DNA from: Clostridiaceae bacterium
GTDB taxonomy: Bacteria > Bacillota > Clostridia > Acetivibrionales > DTU013
NCBI GenBank assembly: GCA_012519745.1
Contig: JAAYPO010000044.1
Location: 6,239-70,238, forward strand
Reading direction: 5' to 3'
Length of the DNA stretch: 64,000 bases
Shown here piece by piece: positions 36,953 to 44,054 of this stretch (positions are counted from its first letter, which is position 1; each line of letters begins with the position of its first letter). The notes under the pieces were generated by a model. The model searched no databases, had not been told where the DNA came from, and saw only the letters and a program-made list of their open reading frames with translations. Both the position numbers and the translations under genes were made by a program.

Positions 36953-37888
36953 ATGCGTAACTGGGTCATGCGGCTTGCTGCCGTATTTTTATCGGTTGTG
37001 GTTTTATCGGCTTCCGCTTTTTTGGCAGGCTGCGGCCGCACCGGGGGGCGAGATACGGAGGATGCCGCAGATGGAGGAAGAGACGCGCTGGATATCGTTA
37101 CATCCTTTTTTCCGGTATATGTGGCTGTGATAAATGTGACCCATGACGTGCCTGGAGTGACAGTCACCAACATGACAGAGCCCCAGACGGGCTGTCTGCA
37201 TGATTACGTACTGAGGCCGCAGGATCTGAGGATGCTTGAGGACGCTGATATCTTCATTATAAACGGAGCAGGGATGGAGGCATTCCTTGAAGATATAACG
37301 GCCCGGAAAAAGGATCTGAAAATCATCGAAGCGGCGAAGGGCATACCATTGCTCACTGAGGAGGACGGAGAGGAGAACCCTCATGTCTGGGTAAGTCTGA
37401 CCAACGCTGCCCCGTATGTGAGGAACATAGCAGAGCAGCTTTCAGAGGCGGACAAGGACAATGCAGCCTTGTATGAAAAAAATGCCGCCGCTTATATAGA
37501 GAAAATAGAGGAATTGAGCAAAGAAATGCACAGCAGGATCGGCAGCCTGGAAAAAAGGGATATAATAACCTTTCATGAGGCCTTCCCATACTTTGCTCAG
37601 GAGTTTGATCTGAACATTGCAGCCGTGGTGGAGAGAGAACCCGGCACTGAGCCGACCCAAAGAGAGCTTGGGGAAATAATTGAGACCGTAGAGCAAACAG
37701 GGATAAAGGCGCTTTTTGCAGAGCCGCAGTACTCATCCGGAGCCGCTGAAATAATCGCTGCCGAGACCGGCGCTGTGCTGTATTCATTGGATCCGGTGGT
37801 TACCGGTGAAGCAGTGCCGGAGGCTGCAGACGCATATCTTGATGCCATGCGGCAAAATATGGACACATTGATGAAAGCACTGCAATAG
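36953..37888 (+). CDS. znuA: Metal (zinc/manganese) ABC transporter substrate-binding lipoprotein, TroA/ZnuA family
   Basis: Lipobox LSASAFLAGC. The sequence has ..IVTSFFP.Y.......HD... and ..H.Y.L.P.D......AD.F..NG.GME.F. Confidence 0.85.
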   Translation: MRNWVMRLAAVFLSVVVLSASAFLAGCGRTGGRDTEDAADGGRDALDIVTSFFPVYVAVINVTHDVPGVTVTNMTEPQTGCLHDYVLRPQDLRMLEDADIFIINGAGMEAFLEDITARKKDLKIIEAAKGIPLLTEEDGEENPHVWVSLTNAAPYVRNIAEQLSEADKDNAALYEKNAAAYIEKIEELSKEMHSRIGSLEKRDIITFHEAFPYFAQEFDLNIAAVVEREPGTEPTQRELGEIIETVEQTGIKALFAEPQYSSGAAEIIAAETGAVLYSLDPVVTGEAVPEAADAYLDAMRQNMDTLMKALQ

Positions 37889-37965
37889 GCCGGAGACGGG
37901 CCGGGTCGGCCGGCCGCTGCTCCGGAGAGCATAATGACCGGCTTATGCCGGTGGAGAGGTTGAAC

Positions 37966-38832
37966 ATGACAGAAAGCCGGTATCATACAAAATGTGAGGG
38001 AAAATGCTGCGGTTTTTGCTGCACAAGGATAGAAAAACTCGGTGTTTCAAAGGGATCGGTGGAGATCCTGGAGAATGTCAATATCCACATACACTGCGGA
38101 GAACTGACCGCAATCATCGGGCCAAACGGAGGAGGGAAGAGTACTCTGCTCAAGGCTCTCCTCGGTGAGGTCCCCCATTCGGGACAGCTCAAATATCTGG
38201 ACTCCAATGGCAGCCGCACAGGACAGCCTGTAATCGGATATGTACCGCAGCATCTGAGCTTTGATACCGGTACACCGGCAAGCGTCTCAGACTTGTTTGT
38301 TGCCAGCTTGTCAAAGAGTCCTGCCTGGCTGCTGAAACCACGCAGTGTCAGAAAAAGAGCGATAGAAGGCCTGAGGAAGGTAAAGGCTGAGCATCTGCTG
38401 GACCGCAGGCTGGGAGCACTGTCAGGAGGCGAGCTGCAAAGAGTGTTGCTGGCCCTGGCCCTGGATCCTGTGCCAAACCTTCTTCTGCTGGATGAGCCTG
38501 TTTCGGGAATTGACCAGGGAGGGCTCGAACTGTTTTACAATACAGTAGCCGAGCTGAGGCGCAACTACGACCTTTCTATAATCCTTGTATCACATGATTT
38601 TGATCTTGTATCACATTATGCAGACCGTGTTATCCTGCTCAACAGGACAGTGATAGCCTCCGGAACTCCGCAGGAGGTCTTCGGCAATGAGAATACCATG
38701 ATGACCTTTGGGATAACTAGCCTTTTTACAGGTGCAAGTCAGAGTAATAATGGCAAATGTGATGCGGATCACCAATGCAGTATTGCCGACGGATGCTTTG
38801 ATAGTGATAAGGAGGACAGTGATAATGCTTGA
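37966..38832 (+). CDS. znuC: Metal ABC transporter ATP-binding protein with Cys-rich N- and C-terminal extensions
   Basis: ATG 37966, with GGAGAGG 6 nt upstream. Walker A GPNGGGKSTLL, signature LSGGELQRVLLALAL, Walker B LLLDEP. The N-terminus reads MTESRYHTKCEGKCCGFCC. Confidence 0.88.
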   Translation: MTESRYHTKCEGKCCGFCCTRIEKLGVSKGSVEILENVNIHIHCGELTAIIGPNGGGKSTLLKALLGEVPHSGQLKYLDSNGSRTGQPVIGYVPQHLSFDTGTPASVSDLFVASLSKSPAWLLKPRSVRKRAIEGLRKVKAEHLLDRRLGALSGGELQRVLLALALDPVPNLLLLDEPVSGIDQGGLELFYNTVAELRRNYDLSIILVSHDFDLVSHYADRVILLNRTVIASGTPQEVFGNENTMMTFGITSLFTGASQSNNGKCDADHQCSIADGCFDSDKEDSDNA

Positions 38833-39664
38833 GCTCTGGTATAACGCAGTGGATTTTTTGCTGCCCTTTGAATGGACTAAGTATGATTTTATGAAAAACG
38901 CGCTGCTGGCAGTACTTTTGCTCACTCCGCTGTTCGGGCTCCTGGGGACGATGGTAGTAAGCAACAAGATGGCCTTCTTTTCAGACTCCATAGGCCACGG
39001 CGCCTTTACAGGCATAGCCATCGGCGCTCTGTTCGGGGGACTGCAGCCGCTGGCAGGGGCGATATTGTTCTCAGTCGTATTCGCTGTAGTCATCACTGTG
39101 ATCAAGAATAAAAGCAAGGCTTCAACGGATACCATAATAGGCGTATTTTCATCTACCGCCGTTGCATTGGGATTGATACTGCTCTCATCAGGAGGATTCA
39201 ATAAATACTCCTCATATCTGGTGGGGGACTTGCTGAGCATTGCACCAATGGAGCTGCTTTTGCTGTTCATTTCGTTCATATCGGTAATAGCACTGTGGCT
39301 GCTCATATTCAACAAGGTGTTTTTGGTCAGCATCAACCAGTCACTGGCTGCAAGCCGCGGCATTAACACTCTGCTGGTCGATATCCTTTTTACCATCGCC
39401 ATCGCAGTAGTAGTCACCATCACTATCCAATGGGTAGGACTGCTTATAATCAATTCCCTTATCGTATTGCCGGCTGCCGCATCGCGCAATGTCACAAGGA
39501 ATGTGCGGCAGTATCATGCAGTATCAGTCATCATCTCAATGTTTTCAGGCATTTCCGGGCTTATAGCCTCGTATTACCTGAATGCTGCCACCGGGGCTAC
39601 GATAGTACTGATCGCAGCTGTGATTTTCTTCACTCTTTTCTTCATCAGGAGAAGGTTCGCATAG
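38825..39664 (+). CDS. znuB: Metal ABC transporter permease (ZnuB/TroCD family)
   Basis: ATG 38825, with AGGAGG upstream. It overlaps the znuC stop by 8 nt. The protein is polytopic and carries ..FFSDSIGHGAFTGIA... Confidence 0.88.
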   Translation: MLELWYNAVDFLLPFEWTKYDFMKNALLAVLLLTPLFGLLGTMVVSNKMAFFSDSIGHGAFTGIAIGALFGGLQPLAGAILFSVVFAVVITVIKNKSKASTDTIIGVFSSTAVALGLILLSSGGFNKYSSYLVGDLLSIAPMELLLLFISFISVIALWLLIFNKVFLVSINQSLAASRGINTLLVDILFTIAIAVVVTITIQWVGLLIINSLIVLPAAASRNVTRNVRQYHAVSVIISMFSGISGLIASYYLNAATGATIVLIAAVIFFTLFFIRRRFA

Positions 39665-39809
39665 CTGCATCAGCCCTCCGCTTAAAGCCTGCAAATATTG
39701 ATAATTATCAGATGGAAAAACCATGACCGTATGTGGTACAATAACCAGTATAGCAAGGGATCGTCATGCTGAAACGCAAAGCAGCAAGGCGTTAAGAGGA
39801 GTTGAGCAG

Positions 39810-40484
39810 ATGAGCGAATACATACCTGAGATCCATGGCGTGCTCAGAAGACATATGGTGCGCGTACCTGAAGTCATATCACAGGTCAGCGGCATAAGGA
39901 TATTCGGAAGATTGATAAAATCCATACTGTTTACGACAGATGTTGCCGTAATAAAAAACTGCAATGCCAATGCAATTATCGCAGTGTACCCTTTTACGCC
40001 CCAGCCTGTCATTACCCATACCATCATAGCGGCCTCGGATGTACCTGTCTTCTGCGGGGTCGGAGGAGGGACGACTACCGGAAAAAGGGTAGTCAATCTG
40101 GCAATGGACGCGGAGTTCCAGGGGGCCATCGGTGTTGTGGTGAATGCGCCCACACCTAATGATATATTGCGGAAGGTCACACAGAGAATAGACATACCTC
40201 TCGTAGTGACAGTTGTTTCAGACAGGACGGATATAGCAAAAAGGATCGATGCGGGAGCGTCGATACTCAATGTGTCCGGAGCCGGGAAAACGATAGATAT
40301 CGTAAAAAGGATACGGGATCGTTTCCCTGAGGTGCCTATCATTGCTACAGGCGGTCCTAATGAGGATACGATACTCAAAACGATAGAGGCGGGAGCTAAT
40401 GCTATTACTTACACTCCTCCCACGACTGCTGAGATCTTCAAAGGGCTTATGAACAAGTACAGAAACGCTGATGATATTATCTGA
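39810..40484 (+). CDS. Hypothetical protein, probably a TIM-barrel (phosphate-binding, NanE/aldolase-like) fold
   Basis: ATG 39810, with AAGAGGAG 8 nt upstream. It has an alternating beta/alpha pattern and ..PVFCGVGGG.. and ..VPIIATGGPNEDTILKTIEAGANAI... I cannot name the family with confidence. Confidence 0.6.
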   Translation: MSEYIPEIHGVLRRHMVRVPEVISQVSGIRIFGRLIKSILFTTDVAVIKNCNANAIIAVYPFTPQPVITHTIIAASDVPVFCGVGGGTTTGKRVVNLAMDAEFQGAIGVVVNAPTPNDILRKVTQRIDIPLVVTVVSDRTDIAKRIDAGASILNVSGAGKTIDIVKRIRDRFPEVPIIATGGPNEDTILKTIEAGANAITYTPPTTAEIFKGLMNKYRNADDII

Positions 40485-40586
40485 CCGGCTCAACAAGCTG
40501 TATCTGCATGGTTTGGCGTCAGCATACCCTGAAATGAGAAGCCCGAGGGTGCAGGCAATAGCCGAGCGGCCGGGTTATTGAGTACT

Positions 40587-40904
40587 ATGGTGCAATATCG
40601 GTGGGAGGTGATCGAAATTAGTGAAAAAAGGGATGTGTCCAAAGAGGATATCATTAAACGATTCAAGCGCATCGAAGGACAGGTCAAAGGAATCCAGCGG
40701 ATGATCGAGGAAGACAAGAACTGTATTGATATACTGACACAGATCGCGGCTGTCAGGGCAGCAGTCAACAAGGCGGGAAGCCTGATGCTTGAAAAGCACT
40801 CGATGACCTGTATTGAAAATGCTGCAGCCTCCGATGACAGGAAAAAAGCGGTGGAGGATCTGACAAAAGCATTCCAGAGCTTTATCAGTTTCACCGACCG
40901 CTGA
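40587..40904 (+). CDS. csoR: CsoR-family metal/persulfide-sensing transcriptional repressor (C-H-C signature)
   Basis: The sequence reads ..IIKRFKRIEGQVKGIQRMIEEDKNCIDILTQIAAVRAAVNKAG..LEKHSMTCI... The Cys (KNCIDIL) plus H-x3-C (HSMTC) match the Cu(I)-CsoR ligand pattern. The start is uncertain (ATG 40587; TTG 40578 in the track). Confidence 0.85.
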   Translation: MVQYRWEVIEISEKRDVSKEDIIKRFKRIEGQVKGIQRMIEEDKNCIDILTQIAAVRAAVNKAGSLMLEKHSMTCIENAAASDDRKKAVEDLTKAFQSFISFTDR

Positions 40905-40920
40905 TGCTGCCTCCTGTAGT

Positions 40921-41640
40921 TCAGTGGAGGGGAGCGTTTTCACGCACCATATCGATTATGGTACGCATGGTCTTCAAATCAGTCTTTCCGGGAAGGTATG
41001 TGTACAGTGATCCGTCCTTGTTTACGACAAATGTCGTGGGATAGCCGCTGACCCCAAATATATTCCACGACACATACCCGTCTTCATCCAGAAGGACCTT
41101 TATCCCGATATCATTTTTTGTAATATAGTCATTGACCGTATCATAGGGCTCCTGGACATTCACCGCCAGTACCACAGCGTCTCCGGCTTCGGCCAGCTCC
41201 CTGTCCAGCTCATTGAAATCAGGCATTTCCTCAATGCAATATCTGCACCATACAGCCCAGAAGTTCAGCACTACTATCTTGCCTCTGTAATCCGAAAGAG
41301 TGACGTCATTACCGTCAAGATCCCTGAGTGTGAAGTCGGGCACCATTATCCGGTCATCATCGGCGCTGCCGGCATTATCACCGTTGGCACTTTCATCGGT
41401 GTTATCGGCGTTTTCAGGGGATGTACTGTCATTTGCAGATGTGTCATCGGTACCCTCATCCTGCCTGTCGGATATGTCCTGCGATGTGTCTGTGCCGCCT
41501 CTGTCTTGTCCGGTCAATGCGTTGGGGACCGGTGGCTGGAGTACTATTTGTGATTTGTATTTATCATAAACGACATATGCTGCCGTAAAAACGAGTGCCA
41601 GGGCAGCTATCCATATTATCAGGCTCTTGTATTTTTTCAT
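40921..41640 (-). CDS. TlpA/ResA-family membrane-anchored thiol-disulfide oxidoreductase
   Basis: It has an N-terminal TM segment, an acidic low-complexity linker, and a thioredoxin fold with ..VVLNFWAVWCRYCIEEMP... AGGAGG RBS is present. Confidence 0.88.
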   Translation of the reverse strand: MKKYKSLIIWIAALALVFTAAYVVYDKYKSQIVLQPPVPNALTGQDRGGTDTSQDISDRQDEGTDDTSANDSTSPENADNTDESANGDNAGSADDDRIMVPDFTLRDLDGNDVTLSDYRGKIVVLNFWAVWCRYCIEEMPDFNELDRELAEAGDAVVLAVNVQEPYDTVNDYITKNDIGIKVLLDEDGYVSWNIFGVSGYPTTFVVNKDGSLYTYLPGKTDLKTMRTIIDMVRENAPLH

Positions 41641-41655
41641 ATGTCCTCCTTTGGG

Positions 41656-42378
41656 CTAGACCAGGTATCTGAGATAGCCTGTGAATACCAGTATGCCGGC
41701 TGCTATAAGCAGTATGCCGGATATTATGCTTATGATCCTGCTGTTCTTTTTAAGCCACGTGAACAAGCCTTTTACACTATCGAAAATCGCAGCTGATACT
41801 ACAAAGGGTATTGCAAGTCCCAGTGAATAGATCAGCAGCAGTAAAATCCCCTGTACAACTGTATCTGAGTTCCCTGCCAGCACCAGTGCAGATCCCAGGA
41901 AGGTGCCAAGGCATGGTGACCAGCCGAATCCGAAAACGATTCCGAATAGTAAGGAACCAGTGAACTTTAAATTCCCTGTCTTTATTTGGAATCGTTTTTC
42001 TCTGTTTAAAAAACCTATATTCAAAATTCCGGTGAAGTTGAGGCCAAACAGTACCATAACCACACCGCTGATTTTCTGCAGCAGGTCTCTGTTGTTTTCA
42101 AAAAAGCCTCCCAGTGTTGCTGCCAGGGCGCCGAGGATCACAAATACAAGGGTGAAGCCCGCCACAAACCCCAGGGAATTGATGATGAGCAACGATGGTC
42201 TGCGGCTGACATGACCGTCTGTCGGAGCTGCCGCAGCAGGACTGGCCCGGGCAGCCCGACTGTCTTCCATGTCGGGCGTCCCCGCCAGGTACATAAAATA
42301 AACCGGGAGCATGGGAAGTATGCATGGTGAGATAAATGTCAAAATGCCTTCTGCGAATGTTAGTACATATGGAAGCAT
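41656..42378 (-). CDS. ccdA: Cytochrome c biogenesis protein CcdA (DsbD-family thiol-disulfide transporter)
   Basis: The sequence reads MLPYVLTFAEGILTFISPCILPMLPVYF.. and ..GFGWSPC(L/I)G... There is a ~30-aa Ala/Pro-rich insertion after TM1. Confidence 0.88.
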   Translation of the reverse strand: MLPYVLTFAEGILTFISPCILPMLPVYFMYLAGTPDMEDSRAARASPAAAAPTDGHVSRRPSLLIINSLGFVAGFTLVFVILGALAATLGGFFENNRDLLQKISGVVMVLFGLNFTGILNIGFLNREKRFQIKTGNLKFTGSLLFGIVFGFGWSPCLGTFLGSALVLAGNSDTVVQGILLLLIYSLGLAIPFVVSAAIFDSVKGLFTWLKKNSRIISIISGILLIAAGILVFTGYLRYLV

Positions 42379-42574
42379 ACTGCCCGTGCCCTCCCGGTGT
42401 TGTTTTCGACTGCTTATTTCTGCGGATACTGGTCATACCGTTGCTTCGTTCCCTGATCAAGTAATTGCTGCGGGTCCTGTAATTCAGTGTAACAAATTTT
42501 CCTCGATAATTTCAGCAGATAATTTATCCAATTTTAGTCTGTTCATTATTACTTATTCAGCAGTCATATAATTT

Positions 42575-42591
42575 ATACCCGGACGGGGTAT
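42575..42591. promoter_or_regulatory. CsoR-type operator 1
   Basis: ATACCC GGACG GGGTAT is a GC-cored palindrome matching the Bacillus-type CsoR box (ATACCC-N5-GGGTAT). Confidence 0.6.
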
Positions 42592-42609
42592 GAACAAACA
42601 AAAAAATAC

Positions 42610-42638
42610 TTGAAATTATATAAAATTTTTGTTACTAT
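42610..42638 (+). promoter_or_regulatory. Promoter of the glutaredoxin-like gene (extended -10)
   Basis: TTGAAA (42610-15), 17-nt spacer, TGtTACTAT (42630-38). Confidence 0.6.
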
Positions 42639-42658
42639 ATACCCACGGGGGGTATATA
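42636..42658. promoter_or_regulatory. CsoR-type operator 2, overlapping the -10/+1 of the glutaredoxin-like gene promoter
   Basis: TATATACCC ACGGG GGGTATATA (9-5-9 perfect palindrome). Confidence 0.65.
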
Positions 42659-42723
42659 ATTTATATCCAAAGGCTAAGAATAAGCTTGATGCTTATCATA
42701 GTATTTTAAAGGAGGTATTGCTT

Positions 42724-42951
42724 ATGTCAGTTAAAGTATATTCAACACCGTCATGCCCATGGTGCACCGTTGCCAAGAATTATCTCAAATCACGCAATGT
42801 CCGGTTCGAGGATGTAGATGTGTCCAAAAACAGGGATGCGGCTGCTGAGATGGTGCAGAAGTCCGGTCAGAGAGGCGTGCCTGTCATCGACATAGACGGC
42901 AGCATCATCGTAGGCTTTGACCAGGGTGCTATCGACAGCCTGATCAGATAA
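42724..42951 (+). CDS. Glutaredoxin-like protein, YruB/NrdH-like (CPWC)
   Basis: ATG 42724 after AAAGGAGG. 75 aa: MSVKVYSTPSCPWCTVAKNYLKSRNVRFEDVDVS....A..M...SGQRGVPVIDIDG.IIVGFD. Confidence 0.88.
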   Translation: MSVKVYSTPSCPWCTVAKNYLKSRNVRFEDVDVSKNRDAAAEMVQKSGQRGVPVIDIDGSIIVGFDQGAIDSLIR

Positions 42952-43058
42952 AAGATCAGAGGACGTTCGGAGGATGGATAAGGGGAAATTTCCAGGCGGG
43001 CGGGTACTGCCTTGACTTCTCAGGGAGGATGTCACTGCTGCCACTATATCGTACTGCA

Positions 43059-43087
43059 TTGATAAATAATGAAAATTATTATATAAT
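43059..43087 (+). promoter_or_regulatory. Putative sigma-A promoter
   Basis: TTGATA (43059-64), 17-nt spacer, TATAAT (43082-87). Confidence 0.55.
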
Positions 43088-43157
43088 ATCCTCAAATTAC
43101 TAATACATTCGAGCAGGGCTCGATATCTCATATTTTTTTTGAGAGGGGAGAATATAA

Positions 43158-43814
43158 ATGTTTTGCGAGAATTGTGGAAGTCCATTACCTGAGGACTCAA
43201 AGTTTTGTCTTAGTTGCGGCGCAAAAGTACCCGATGCCGGATCAGAGGGTCAGGCAGAACAGGAAGCAGCCGTAGCTGCTGATGCGGTTCAGGTCGATGA
43301 AGCACCAGTTGCTGATGCAGTGGTGCAGACAGAACAGCAGCAAGCACCAGCGGAACCTGTGCAAAATGTGCCACAGCCCCCGCCTGCTGCTCCCGCACCC
43401 CAACCTAAGCCGGCCCAGCCCGCTCCTCAGGTCCAGACCTACCAGCAGCCCGCTCCTCAGGTCCAGACCTACCAGCAGCCTGCTCCTCAGGCACAGGCCT
43501 ATCAGCAGCCTGCTCCTCAGGCACAGGCCAATCAGCAGCCTGCAATAGCTAAAACTGAAAGACCGCTGCCTGTGTGGAAGTATATGGGCATGATGCTGCT
43601 GACCGGTATTCCGATATTAGGATTTATAATGATCCTTGTCTGGAGTTTCGGACGTTCATGGAACAAAAACACCAGGAATTACGCCAGAGCGGTACTGATT
43701 TTTGGAATAATTATTTTTGTACTGTCGATTGCCGGAATAATAATAAACCTTGAGGCGTTAAGAGCTTTGACGGATTATTTTAATTCCAACTTTGAGATCG
43801 GTTTTGTTGGCTGA
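43158..43814 (+). CDS. Zinc-ribbon membrane protein with a Pro/Gln-rich repeat linker
   Basis: The N-terminus is MFCENCGSPLPEDSKFCLSCGAKV. Four QQPAPQ(V/A)Q(T/A)Y repeats follow, then two C-terminal TM segments. Confidence 0.75.
   Translation: MFCENCGSPLPEDSKFCLSCGAKVPDAGSEGQAEQEAAVAADAVQVDEAPVADAVVQTEQQQAPAEPVQNVPQPPPAAPAPQPKPAQPAPQVQTYQQPAPQVQTYQQPAPQAQAYQQPAPQAQANQQPAIAKTERPLPVWKYMGMMLLTGIPILGFIMILVWSFGRSWNKNTRNYARAVLIFGIIIFVLSIAGIIINLEALRALTDYFNSNFEIGFVG
43416..43523 (+). repeat. 27-nt in-frame tandem repeat, 4 copies
   Basis: cagcc(c/t)gctcctcagg(t/c)(c/a)cag(a/g)cctac x4. Confidence 0.8.
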
Positions 43815-43844
43815 GCATTTCCGACTAACTGAATGATGTTCATG

Positions 43845-43886
43845 AAGGAGACAATATCGTAAAAACACATTGTCTCCTTTCTTTTA
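43845..43886 (+). terminator. Rho-independent terminator
   Basis: aaggagacaat, 13-nt loop, attgtctcctt, followed by tctttt. Confidence 0.75.
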
Positions 43887-44054
43887 CCCTGATGCAGGGT
43901 CCGGTCTTTGCGGAAATTATTTCCTGAAGCATTATTGAACGGGATTACACAATAACCGGGTTATGCGAACACATGTTTGATTTGTGTTGCGTTCAGCTGT
44001 GTCGTTGGTTATAATATGAGAGGTACAATAAATAATCGAACAGGTGCGGATCAA

